A stretch of DNA of 64,000 nt from Harriotta raleighana (GCA_050575255.1 JBNZDD010013542.1:1054369-1118368); one strand, 5' to 3'; counted from the first letter of the stretch, positions 1 through 13,680 are shown. Notes: generated by a model from the letters alone, not told the origin. Made by a program: numbers and translations.

Positions 1-3000
1 CAGATTAATAAATTATTCAAACAAAGGTCACGTTTATAATTATTTTTGCTTGAATTGAAGAACAATCGAACGACTGTGGTTTATTCAACGAATAATGTCG
101 TCAAAAGATAGATCCGAAAGGTAATGGGGAGAAAATAAAATAAATAACAATAATTCTTCAATTTGATTGAAATCAAACAATCGACGGTTTATTTCGTTAT
201 TAATAACATTCAATATATTTCAAATTGATGTAAAAAATGTATTGTTTAATATTAATCCTTTTTTCCCCATCAAGAATAATAATAATCATCCTTGAATTTA
301 ATCCTTGAATCCTTGACGTCTTGAAGACGTCTCAAAGCGCTTCACAGAATATACTGTCCAGGTTTATGTTTTAGTCGAAGTTGAAAAGAATTGTTCGTGT
401 CATTTCGCCTGCCATCTTACTTGGGATAGGCCTGAATTTAGCACAGTGACCTATTTAAAAATAGTGTTCATGCTGCGTCTGAATTAGGAAGCGAAAAGAA
501 AATGAAACCCGCAATTAAGTGTAAAATCAAATACATCCCCTTATCATCGATGTATCGATTAATCCTATCGAAGAATCATGTGCTCTCCGAAAACAAAGGC
601 AGTGACATGTATTATCTAATTCAATTAGGTATAATTATTCGACAATATTCTAATAATTTAGACATACAATAATTGGGTTCATATCAGAATGGCATTTAGA
701 TAAAAAGTATGTTTAGAAATGACTTATCAATGGCACAGTTCCCGAAATACAGTCCTTAGTCAATAATTTCACACAAAGACCATAATTGGCAACGTGAACT
801 TGGAATGGCGGATTTATATGATTTCGCTGGTTTCTGTAAATCAAAACATAAATAATAATAATACTTAGATTTATATAGTGCTTTCCACATCTTATCGACG
901 TCCCAAAGCGCTTTACAAAATACGTCAACGTCCCAACCTAGGGACCAGAGCAGGTATTTTATACTTTTATACAATACTTTTATAAAACGCTTTGAGATTT
1001 AACTGAGACTTTGGAAAAAAAACTATTTAAAATAACACAAAAAACCTATTCGCAAGAACTCGAATAAAGCACAGATGGATCCTTGCCTCTCTAGATATGC
1101 TGAGAAAATCGATGGTGGAAAATTGAAAAATTCTGGAATTGTTGTTAAGTTTATTGTGAAAATGCTCATTAACCTCTATTTCATTATGTCATAGAGATTT
1201 TCTGCACGTTTTGAAAAAGGGTTTATAATGAATATTTCAAATAAATAAACGGAGTAAATGTTTTATAAAACACACAAAAGACTTTCTTCTGGTTTTTCTT
1301 TACTTTTACTGAAAAAGGAACAAAAATGATACTTGAATGTACATAAAAGAATCTTTTCTATTTCTTACATTGCACAAAGCTGACTCAAACAGAAACTGCA
1401 GTCATCCACAATGACCACTTGATGTCAGTGTTGCCCCACAAACTGAGAGATGGGTATCATGGACTTGAATTGTGATTGCTTTCAGATTAGATCCAAGGCT
1501 GATGAGTTACTTTTAACCCATTTGATATTTTAAAAATATTATCATATATTAACAGCAAAATGTTACTTTCTGCTGATCAATGCAATTTAGAATGTTGCTT
1601 TAACCTAAATATTTTGACGATTTCAGGCATTTATGATTTGCCTCATATACTATCGAACAACGACCATCAACTATTATTAGTTGATGGTCGAAAAGATACT
1701 GATTTCATAAGGAAAATTCTCAATGAGCATCTTTTCATTTTCCCAGAGTTTATCCCAAACTTTAACATAATTTTATAATTCGAGGCATGGTGCTAAAGAG
1801 ATTGCCATCGGGTGTATTTGAAGAGGAAAATACAAAAAAATTGCATTTTAACCTCTTGGAGTTGAAATATTTCCTGAGCATTGTTTGATCATTACTGAAG
1901 TTTTGCTATCTAAGTGGCAGTGATAGACGTTGGCTTTCATATAGTTTTGAGTTACAGTCCAGACAGGTCTGTAAAGAGTCTGGATGCCAGTCTGTGCATT
2001 AAACTGTCTTTCATTCTTTATTGCCTTTCCAATTAGCTGATCTCAACTCTCCGCCGCCTTGCCTTCCTTTAAGCTTGAGATCAACCAAACAAACAACAAC
2101 AAAAAAGAGACAACACCATCACTGAAGAAACGCTTCACTTTATCATTGAATGCACACACCATTTTTCGATGTGAAATATTAATAATTCGATAAGGAACCA
2201 TAATTTCCAAAGTAAATGGCATTTCTCAAGATATTGCGATTAAAAGAGAAATAGAACACGAAATAGAAGGTAGGCCTTCATGTAGACATTGATAAATACC
2301 CATCACATATTGCCTTATTGAGCCAAGAACAAAATATATTTGGGGGAAATTGAAATAAACAATCCAGCAATAAGCAACAGGGAAACCAACCCAAATTATT
2401 TTTTGTACAGCTGCATTACTTAATAAAACACACAGAATGCGTCACACATTTCATAGAGATCATTCTCAAAATTATGACATTTGAATATGTTCATGCGCAA
2501 ACTATGTATGTATCCATGCTATATTAAAAAAAAGTTAGTTTGTGGAAAGGGCATGTGATATGCTAACACTCATAGTCAAAGTTATATAACTGGAGAGGAA
2601 AGCTGAACAATAACGAGAACACAATACCACTTTTCATTAGACTGGAGGCAAATTTACATTCATTCACATACTACATACAGTATTATCTAATGCAGGACAG
2701 TGAAACGAAATACCTAAATCACAAGAAAATGTGAAGCGAGCCCAATTCCCTTCGCCACTAATTCTGCAAATTAAAAAGCGAGGTTTCAAACTAACTAAGA
2801 AACTGGATCCACGCGACATTGTTTTTGAAACTTCATTTTCTCCGGGGTTTCTTCATTTTGATGTTTCACACTGAACTGTGCTCGTAATAAACTTTCGCCA
2901 TGAGTCAAGAAATTAGAAAACTCCAATCAAGTAAAAAACACACACGATTCTATTCTTCCTGTGAGAGAACGGCTGTATCCTAAGCATTTGAAAGTGCACA

Positions 3001-3708
3001 GGCCATACAGGCTTACCTGCCGGCTTGTTGGTGTGTTGAGGAGAGCATGTCTTGTGTGTGTTGCTGCCAAATGTTGTGCATCTCACAGTGACCATGCCTT
3101 CCGCACTTCTGTGCCTTCCCTTTCTCCCTGTGTGTAGATATTCGTTGGGGGATTTTATAACACTCTGCACAATTTTACTGCGATTATGAGTGGACGTTGA
3201 TTGCGCCATCCTGCGGATTATGTAGATTTGCCCTGATACTGTTTGGCATCAAAAAGTCATGTTTTTTTCCCCCCGGAGGTCGTTGTCACCCTTTGAATGT
3301 TTGTGTGAAATCACGGGTTACATGAAATTTCTATCTAATTGGTCGAAATTGGATTAATGCCAATCGCCCGCCTCGAAAAACCAGCCATTAAATCTTATTA
3401 AGGATAGGTGATATATAACCGTATCCATGACAACGGCTGCGCCCTGTTATTGCTGGAATATGGCAATGTTACTTTGATTCCCTGCATCTTTTAGACTCAA
3501 AGACGCCCAAGAATCAGACCGTTTTTCTACATAGAATTACTTTCTTCTAAGGTGAGCCATCAAGCCACCGCCCTTCCCACGCTCTGTTTGAAGGCTTGAT
3601 CTCTAGTGGTGGTGGGGTGGGGGCCGTATAGAATAACGGATTGAGAAATCGACCCATTTCCGGGGGGAAGATTTCGAAGTTTGTATAGTGAATGGAATGT
3701 GTTTCTAT

Positions 3709-3752
3709 TGACCTCGGGAGGTCAAAGGTAACCTTGACCGGACGGAAGTTCA
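3709..3752. promoter_or_regulatory. Composite nuclear-receptor half-site cluster
   Basis: TGACCTcgggAGGTCAaAGGTAACCTTGACCG...AGTTCA: everted repeat, DR1-like and DR0-like arrangements overlap in 44 bp. Confidence 0.4.
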
Positions 3753-4751
3753 AAGACAGCAATTGTTGGACCAGAAAGGGATGGTTAGGCTGCGTTTATC
3801 TGAGAGAAGGAAAGGAGTCAGAATGAGGGAGAGCGAGTGTGAGGTAGGACAGAGACCCCGGGACAGAAGAAAGATAAGAAAGTGCGGAAGATGGAGATGG
3901 AGCGAAATCAGAAAAAGTAGACAAAACACATAATTATACAAATGATCATTCTAGAAGGAATTTTTTTTTCTAAAATTGAAACTGAACTCTGAAAGATCTG
4001 GAAAGTCCATTTTAAAATAACACGTTTTAACGAGGAGGGGAATTTCTCTAGAATCCATCATAGATCACACATTCCCAAAGTGTATCAGATTGAATGTTTT
4101 CTAGGTAAATATCTGCCTCTGTGCGTGTGCTATGTTTTGGGCATGTGACCAAGAGGTATAATTTGCCTCTCTAAATAATGTAATATTGTTTACTCTGCTA
4201 TTTATACATTTGGCTTTTCTGCCTTATGGAAAATACAGACTTCCTTTGTACAGTATGCTGATGTTAGACATATACAGCATCCTATCACTATCCGACCACC
4301 AGGAAGGTACGAGGCGAACGAGATGGACCTTGGTTATTTTTTGTCTAGCATTTCTTATGTTCTTATGTACCTTGTGGCAACCTGGTTGAGCAAATGAACA
4401 TTCAGCAAAAGAACGGAAAGGAAAAAGAAATATTGATATGCGGCTTGCGGTCAGGCGATAGCATTTTGACTTCTCGCTGTCCATTTTTAAAATATACATA
4501 GTCATAAACATCTAACTACAATGAATTCATTACAACCATTTGAAACAGGTTGTTATAAGCATGGACACAGGATCCATAACGCAATTTGAAGTTGGTACTA
4601 CTTCACGTTTTACATTGAATCTTTGTTAATTGATGATCTACAAGATGACCTTATAATCTATTTACAAGGTCAATTGGGGGCTCTTCCCCTTCCTGTCTAC
4701 GTAAACAGCGAAGAGAGACATACTAAGCAGATATGACTTCACCAAAGAAAT

Positions 4752-5321
4752 ATTTCGCATTTTAGAGATTCGCTCTGGTTATTGCTTAGTTAGTTCAATC
4801 ATTTGGTTTTAGGGGCACACCATAAGAGTTGGNTCGCATTTTAGAGATTCGCTCTGGTCATTGCTTAGTTAGTTCAATCATTTGGTTTTAGGGGCACACC
4901 ATAAGAGTTGGATTTATTCTAGCCACTGACTGTGCTGTCCAATTTAACCCTTCAAAATCTATCCTAAAGTATTTGTTGCTCCATAACGTCAATTTGCAAA
5001 ACCAACAATGGAACAACGTTTTAAGAAAAAACATAGCCACTGCTCTGCCCTATGAGGACAAGACAATCGAGTTGTTTGGTGGGAATAACTTTATTATATC
5101 AAATATAAGGATTATTATTATTATATCTGAATTTTCATACAATGGGAGTTGTTGTGCAGGGAAATATCTCGTGAGAATGATATGCTTAGAAAAAACACAT
5201 GTTCTGGCAGACTCTGCTTAGAGACTTTCAACGAAAAATAAGTTTCTAATCTTACAGTAACCGTGTTTCTTTTGTTATGGATTGTCCCCTATGACCAGAG
5301 CGAATCTCTAAAATGCGAAAT
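4752..5321. mobile_element. Possible MITE / inverted-repeat element
   Basis: 31-bp inverted repeat ATTTCGCATTTTAGAGATTCGCTCTGGTYAT at 4752-4782 and 5291-5321. Confidence 0.4.
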
Positions 5322-7303
5322 GTAGTAAATTGTACGATGGCGTGTTTCTGTTACAGGTATTTACAACTGAAATGAAACGTTATTAAAGGTATATGGGAAT
5401 ATGTACAAAGTTATTTTCATTGATGTTATTGAACAAAGATATTTCCTGGAATGTCTGGTGCGCGGGCGGGGGCGGGGTTTGGTTGTAGTTTATTAAACAC
5501 ATTGGAAAGCCCGGGATACTGATCCCGATCTGCCAGTTCTCATAATAAAAGGTTTGTTTAGATAAATTACAGACATAAATCGCAGAGGGCAAGATTAAGA
5601 ATTAGGAAATGGCTCACTTATAATATTCGTCTAAAATTTGTTTTTGTAGTAATAAACTCATTCCAAAGATTCTTGGGCTTCTATTAGTTCTGTCGATGCG
5701 GATTGCTATGCTCCTTAATTTGATACGATAATTTATTTGTGTCACTCGATGTTCTTTTTGTAAGCATACCCACTTTTACTAACATAATAAAGATGTTAAT
5801 GTACAAAAGTGATAAAACGCATACATTTCCATGAATGTTTAACTTTAAAATGCACCCGGAACTTTATATGACCCTCGATGGCGCATTGCCCATCTTCATT
5901 TACTATCTAAATGGTCACACAAAGAACTTTTTTATGATCACTAACAGGCGTTACAGATTCCCTTATATGCTCTAAGCAAATTAAACAGGACATTTTTCAT
6001 AAATTTAATTAACGTTGGTTCAATTAATCTTTTTTTTAAAGTTCCATTGGGGCGTCATTTGTAATTAGTAAGCTATAGCTACATATTTCTTCAGTTTGTC
6101 AACGCTATGTATTGACCACTCCATGTTCATTTCAGAGTCTGGATGTCAAACAGACAACATTTAATTGCCTATTCTCGTTTACCATGCCCCTAGTTTTCCC
6201 ACCAAAAACAATATTTTCGTTAATAAATCTTGCTCAAATTCAAGCTGCGGTGTAAGTCGCTAAGTTATAGTCATCTAAATGTGCTTTGTTGGTTATTTTC
6301 TTAAATCGCATGCATCACAAACGCTGCGATGCGATTACTCTTGTCAAGCGGATGTTGGACAATACAATACCCATTGGTAGAATATTGGTATTCAACATGA
6401 GACACTGCATACAGCAAATACCTTTGCCCAGACTTAATTATTATCGGGCACAAACACCAGTTCGCTTATTTCCATTTATAAATGGATGTCATTTAATGGC
6501 CATTTTCTTACATCAATCGTTCCAATAAAAAATAACTCCAACCCTCCAACTCCTGACTGGGTAGATTAGTTTATCTGTTCAAAACTACCGATCATTTAAA
6601 TATATCAATAAATTATATTTATGTTGCAATCCTATACAATGTGGTGGGACGGAGTGACCTAATATTGCTCGTAGTAAGTCCACTTTCTATCACTGGTCGT
6701 ACCATTACTCTCTGTATAATTAATGCTGAAACGACAGTGGAGGAAATGCATAGGGTTCATGAGGCTTGCGAAAGTGAGAAGTAGGATAACCTTCCGGATG
6801 CAACCTCTTATTCGCAATTGGACTGATGGACTGCAGTTAGTATCTGGTGAAGGAAAGTTGTGGGGCAGACCAGTAAACTTATAATAAAACTCATTGAATT
6901 TGATACAGCGCTTTCGGCGTCGCAAACCCTAAAAGTAGTTCAGAGGAAATTGCTGTTATGTGTCGTGATTCATGTATTTATTTACAACTTCCAGCAAAAT
7001 AGGTCTACCAATGTAGTTACTTCATTAATAACTCTTGTAATATTGACAATAATCGAAAGACTGTAAAAGCAGTTTGTAATATCCTACATCTTTCAGAAAA
7101 TCCATATGGATGAGTTGATTTTATTCGCAATTCTATATCACATCTCGATGCTGGACTTCTTTTGAATGTATTTGTATTTTAATAAGGCTTAACATATAAA
7201 TACAAAAATCCGCTGTATTCAACCAAACAAGATTGAATCATGTGCGAAGCATCCTATTGTGTTCCACCGAACTGGCAAAGAATGTTTCACCCAACACCTG
7301 GTG

Positions 7304-7700
7304 TGTCCACCTGGCTCAGTGGGAAGCCACTCTCGTCTCCAAGTCAAGAGGTTTTTGGTTCAAGCCCCGCGTCGGGCCTTGAAAATCATTGAGTCAAGTA
7401 TAACATTCCAATGCAGTGCAAGGGGGGATGTTGAATTGTTACAATTGCTGCCCTTGGGGTGAAGTTAAACCGAATCCCCCCACTCCCGTCCTGGCTCCAG
7501 TTAGACCTCATGGTACTAGTAGGAAGCTTCTTATGGACCCCAAAAAAATTGGTCACTCCTTCAATGATTCTGGGACATTGCTGTGCACAAATTGCTGTCG
7601 CGTTCGCGCACAAAACACACAGTCACTGCACGTTATCTTTTTATCCCGTAGAGCTTTTTGGGACGTGAAAGGCACAAAAAGAAATTAATTATATTTATTA
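7304..7700 (+). mobile_element. tRNA-derived SINE resembling the DeuSINE/SacSINE1 group
   Basis: Head GGCTCAGTGGGAAGCCACTCTCG...GGTTCAAGCCCC (A/B boxes), Deu-domain-like middle (TGCAGTGCAAGGG...GTTAAACCGA), L2-like tail. Family assignment is from memory. Confidence 0.6.
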
Positions 7701-9204
7701 TTTTATAGCCCACTGCAACTCTGCTGGCCCGAGGAAAACAATTCCACTGAAGCAAACAGATTGCGGAGTTAAGGGGGAGTCGAAAAGTATTTGTCTTTGA
7801 CCTATATATTCCCAATATCGTTCATAATATAGCTGCGGCCCATTACCCAAAACTTCTTAACTGGATTTATTAAAATGTGCTACAGATCAAGAGATATATT
7901 GAAAACAGAATTCCTTAAAATATTGATTAAGGTGATTGACGGTAACAACAACAACAACTTCGATTTATAATGCGCCCTCCACGCCGGACAGCGTCTCAGA
8001 GCGCTTCCAACGCGAACGTAACCCTAATTCTTAACAAAATAACGGAAACTACTCATTATTTTTAGATGTGGTGTAAGTAATTTATGTCAACCACCGAAAG
8101 CAAGTGCACACATCAAAATAGACCATTGAGCAAAATAATGATTTTGTCTTATACAATCAATGTTTTAAATTAAGGGAATTACTTATTGAGTTCTTCCCTC
8201 CAGTTCTGAAGAATCTGCCCAACAAATACAGACAATATATTATTAAATATGCTTGAATGTGTATTTTCCAGTCGTATCATATATGAAGACTTATAGTAAT
8301 AATGACTAAACTATCAATAATAATATCTTAATCTCCATTCCAATATTCCAAGGAAATCTCGGAATGCCGGTTTAAGTTTGTTAAAAAAATATCTTGTGTG
8401 TTAGAACTCACACAAAAAACTGTATTGGAAATGAAGTAAGAATCAAAATTGCATTGGTTGAAATCTTTACTCACGAGCAAGTATATTTGTTCTTTTACTT
8501 TATCAATTGATTTCCTTGCATTGAATTGTTTAATTGACTGAAGGCTGAAGGTGACGAGTGACATGACTGTGTTGTGAATCTCCCAAATCAGATGCAGAAA
8601 CAACATAGAACCCAACCATTTTTGTAGTTACTTCATAAGTTTAAACATTTGCCGTATATTAGTATCCTTTTGAACTGTTAAAAATGGAGTATGGAGCATG
8701 CCCTTTCAACAGTAAACTGAAAAAAATATGCAAAGTATGTTGGTAAATCGCTTGTTAATATATATTGCATAGTAAATGCATTTCAAAATTACTTTTAAGT
8801 TTAGTAGTTGAGGCCCCAATTGTTTTCAACTGTTGTAGCTCACAATACAAAATAGATTCGTATCGATTTTAATAGTAAACAATGGCCTTACTTTGCTTTG
8901 GTACACAGTTGAACTGAACTGTAGCCTCAGTGACATATAAAGTAATGTTGTGAATAGAATGAAGTTAAATTGTGCGCATAGCACGTCTGTTTAGAAGTAT
9001 TTCAAAAACAATATGAAATACTTAGTCATTTAAATAGATGGATCAACAACTACAGAAATGTTAATCTAAAGATTCTACGATCGTTTCTCGCGGGTGGGGG
9101 AGGAAGTTTGGGGAACACATGCACACACGCACACGCACACGAATGATAGCTGTGTGTAGATTGATTCATTTTATTGCAGTGATCCACAGCTATGTTGCTA
9201 TGTT

Positions 9205-9370
9205 TTTGCTATGTTGAAAGCAAATTTTCACCCAGTCAGAGCACTGAATATGTATCTGCCCTTTCTCTTTTCACTCAGCGATTATTTGAACGGAATCCTA
9301 CTTACTTGCAATTACCTTCGGATTCCCGGGTTAAAAGCTGCTGTCGTTTTCTTCTTTGTTTGTCCAGGCT
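9205..9370 (-). pseudogene. Decayed Hox11-type homeobox (putative HoxB11 pseudogene, exon 2)
   Basis: From 9359: TKKKTTAAFNPGIRR*LQVSRIPFK*SLSEKRKGRYIFSALT, then a 7-nt deletion, then VKICFQHSK (9231-9205). Matches Hox11 TRKK...QIRELE...KEKR...NLTDRQVKIWFQNRR in spacing with one extra codon. Confidence 0.75.
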
Positions 9371-9673
9371 CGGAAGAGCTTGATTTCTCTCCCACCCCCT
9401 CTCTACCGATTTGGTGTTTGTTAGCAGAGACGTTTTTTGTCAGCTTGCAGTCTGTCCTCACATAAAATTGACACAGACAGGCCATAAACTGTCTGGCTGC
9501 TGTGTACACGTCTTGTAGAACGCCTACAGAAATACCTCTTTATATATTTAGACCCTCTCACAAACCTGCAACCGAGGACATGATTTATTTTAATGCAGAA
9601 TTAAATTTATGCTTTATTTTTTATGAAATCCCTGTCATTTGTTAGCCGGTAAAGTTTACGAAAGAAGACCTAC

Positions 9674-10200
9674 AAAGAAGGGTGGAACCATCCCTAGCTA
9701 TACATTGTACTTGATCATGGATGTGTTTGTGTGACTGCAAAGTTCAAGACGTCTTTAGATAATGTCAATATTGCTGGGTTCAAAATCCACCTTTTGTTTC
9801 TTTTAAAGCAAGGCTTTGGAGGGAGGAAAGGAAGGAAGGAAGATTTTGTTGCAAATTAACTAGCTCTGTTGGTGATTTGAGCTATTTATTAGCGTATCCT
9901 GGAGGCAACACACCACAAATGGTTGAACTTCTCTCGTTTTTTTCCCCTTTCCCTCTATTGTTTTTCCCCCCTGGAGTTCCTAACCTTGAAACGGCTCCAG
10001 ACTTAAAACTTATTCCCTGGGCGCATTCCCCTGTCGGATTTATTTGTCGCTCTGAGAAGCGTTTGAAAGCCACTCTTTACTCTTGAGAATGTTTACCGTC
10101 CTGGTAACTCTGCTGACAATCACAGTCGAGTGAAGCCGTTTGTTGTTGGCGGCTGTTGACTCTGTGGTGGTTTGCTTATGGGTAGAGAAGTCCTTCAAAT
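9674..10200 (-). pseudogene. Putative HoxB11 pseudogene, exon 1 remnant
   Basis: Ordered Hox11 exon-1-like fragments across frameshifts: DFST (10192), VAF (10073; cf. VREVAF/VREVTF), K*IRQGN (cf. KWHPRGN, same spacing), GVLPPG (~9914; cf. NGVLPQ). Candidate donor GTAGGT near 9673. Boundaries are approximate. Confidence 0.5.
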
Positions 10201-13200
10201 ATTTTATTTCGGGGGAAACAACGCTTTAATGCAAAGATAATTAAATTTACTTTAATAAAGTTTGGGGTTTTCTTGTCGGTTCATTGAGTTAGTTCGATGT
10301 GGCAGTTAAAGAATAAAAATAAAACTAGACTGAATACATCTTTAGGAAAATACGGTAAAAATGTCTTATAAAGTTATTTATAATCCGAATTCATAATCGA
10401 TGGAGAATTCGAGACAGTTTATCCTTCTACATGGGGATGACGTATAATCACGTGATCATACCAACATATGGCCCCTTTTTTTTAGCAAACTTTCTACTTT
10501 CAAATTCGAAATATTGTCAGTGATTAGACATAGAATCTACCAATCTCCGATTTAGTTTGCATAATTTCTGTTTTCACTGTTAGTTATCAATGTTACTGTG
10601 GCGGGTTATAGATGGTAAGTATACCATCAGCTTTCTAAAGGAAGCATTCTTTTCAAAATTGTCCATTTGTTTTGCATACTATGTATTAACTAAATATATT
10701 TATAAATACTACATATAGTTCTGGAACATTCTTACTATAACAAAGAATTCCAACAGTGCAGTTTGTTTTGGTGATTCGTAAATATATTATTTTACAACTC
10801 TGACAATCTCTGAGAGACGGGAAGAAACAATAAATGAAATAGAGAAAAATAACATAAACTTTTGTCATTTACATGCAATAAGCGATAGAAATGCCTCGCT
10901 ATAAGTTTTGAATCCCATCTACTCCCAAATCAAAACTTGGAGATATCGTTGAAAACTTCTTGACTAAATTTGAGTGCTCGTGAAATTAACTGTTTTGCAA
11001 ACCATCATAATTTCAACCAACATATTACAGTAGTAACATAACATTTTGCACCTATTGCCTTATTCAGTATGGCAGGACAATGTTTGGTAATTGGAAATTA
11101 ATTCGTTATTGAATTAATTGTAATAGGAAAATAACTACTTTTCAATACTAGTTTTCAAGTTCGGATCGTCGAGCATAAATAATCACCAAACCGCAGGGCT
11201 GTCAGTGTAGGTGTTGTTCATATGGTGAGTTTAATGAAACATTTTAACCTTTAATGGTGCTCTGTAGAGTAGGACGTCCCACGTCAAACGATAATATCTT
11301 TAACTAGCCTGTAAATAAAAATGTCTCCTTCAGTCTCATTGTTTGATTCAGTCTCATTGTAATTGCCATATGCACTGCCTACAGACTTCCAAGATTGAAA
11401 GACAATCATTTACAGGAGGCAGGAACAAGGGGACATGTCGGTAAAACAATACAAGTTTTGAAATAAAACGCAATTTAATTTAATTTAAATTATAACATAG
11501 ACATACATAAAGACGTCGTGCGTGTCACGAGAAATAATGCTGATATTATTATTTTATTTTCGTGATGTGTCAGCTGAGTGACGATTAGAAATGCCTCACG
11601 GTAAAAGCACAAAGGATAAGAAATGCAACCCCATAAATAGAGTTATTAGTTTGGGAACTTTTTGTCGGCTGATCATTCATCAACCGAATTAGTCTGAAAT
11701 CAACATAATTTGGAAATTCTTCTCGTTTTTTATTTTCGTATTACTGCATATCTTACTTGTCTTTATGGAAAAGTTGCTGTATTGTTTGACCTGGGAGGGT
11801 ATTTCCTGGAGCGCTTTTGATTTGACGCGTTTCTGGCAGAAACATGTTGCAAAACCTTAAAAACACGATGCACTTTCAACCAAATATTTTAATAAAATGA
11901 AGAGAAATTAAATAACATGGTTTATCTTCGTGAACGAATAAAAAAAGTTATACATCACGCGGCTTAGATAAACGTGGAAAATAATATCATCCTCGATTTT
12001 CACTTAGTTATTGAATGCATGATGATTGATATATTTATTCTAATTGTTAAATAAAACAACAATCTTAAGTGGTTTGCCTAGATTTTTCAAGAATCTTATC
12101 AATTATTACAAAAACTGGATAAAAAACGAAAATGTAAATATATGTATTTAAATCTAGGGGAGAACTAAACAGGGGAAAGCGAATGAATAATTCAACACAA
12201 AAGGTGAATTTTAATCTAAAATTCTTCGTTACGATTTTATAAGATTTTAAAAATCATTTAAAAATCAACTTGGCGTACAGAATATCGCGCACAAACTATG
12301 CAAAAAACTCTCTCTTTCTTCACTCCGAGATGGATTACGGAATTACGAGTATTCATAAAAACAACGCCACAATCGCCAAATCGTAGTCTTTATAAATTAC
12401 TTGCCCTCATTCTGTTGATGATTATTGAAATTTCAATTATTATTTGAGTGTGAAGCAACTTCGAGCCTTAATGTGTGCAGAGACGCCTGTGCCTTTTGTC
12501 TGCCTTTTTTTTCCACAGAGCTGATCAGAGCTAAATCAGAGCTGATATAAAACGGTTGATTTGCCGTCAAGTTAGCGAAACTTGTGTAAGAGTTACAAAC
12601 TCCGCAAAACGCGAAGCCGATCCCAGACAGTTTGGAGCAGATATTGACGTGAAATAATTCATCGGTAAATCAAAAGAGTGAACGACTAGAAAGTGAGTAA
12701 ACATAAAAAACCTGCTGTGTTTGAGAGATTTGGAATGGAGGGAGGAGGGAGGGAGGGAGGGGTGATTGGCAAGGGGCTAAATTCATGTTCAAAGTCAGAT
12801 GGCAAGTAAAGTTATATTGTAAAGAATGACACTGGCAACTTGTAACACATAAACTGTGTCTATAACTGATAAATTACTTACTGTTGCACTTACATTCTGA
12901 ATACAACTCAGAGCAGGCGAGACACTAGGATTCATATATAGCGCACAGATATAAACCTTTCTTCGTCAACACAAACAGGAACAATGAGGAGGCGTGAGCA
13001 ATGAATGCATCATATCTACAGTGCTCCATCTTATCAAATCCCAACTTCCATTGGTTGCAAACGTCTCCTCCGCCTGTTTAGAAATTTCCTTGGACTCTTT
13101 TAGCTGCGACTTGGCATTTGCGCTGAAACTTGGAGACATTTCTGACATGCGTAGGGTGGGGGATTATTTAACTCACTCTGTGGTTTGTGAATGTTTGCGC

Positions 13201-13359
13201 TCTGTACTGAAATTGAAAGTATGGTTGAAACAAGTGTGAAATCTTCGCATGAGATTCCGCTTCTTCAATTCTTCAAATCCCGTCTCTGGGATAAAACTAT
13301 TTTTTTCTTTTAACACGCGGACCACGCATCTATCTATTGACTCCCACAAAAAGTTCCAC

Positions 13360-13680
13360 TCACTCACTCACTCAGTCACGTACATTCAGTCACGCACACT
13401 CGGGTACTTACTGTTACGCAGTGAGTACACACACATGCACATACTTCACATAAAAATACACAGTCGAACCCACAGTCGAAACACACAAACACAAAATACA
13501 ACTCAGAGCAGGCGAGACACTAGGATGCATGCAAAACACACATACATCACACACACACACACATACATGCGCGTGAACATACGCATACATGTAAAAAATG
13601 ACAAGGAAACACAGATACAATCACGAGAACTTACACACAAAGGCGCATGCATCCACAATAACTATTTCAGACACACAAAT
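13360..13680. repeat. Degenerate CA-rich low-complexity tract
   Basis: (CACT)n and (CA)n arrays. Confidence 0.7.

Noticed and set aside
4755-4911. 78-bp tandem duplication
   Set aside because: Copies are separated by a single N (4833) and differ by one base, typical of an unmerged contig or haplotype overlap.
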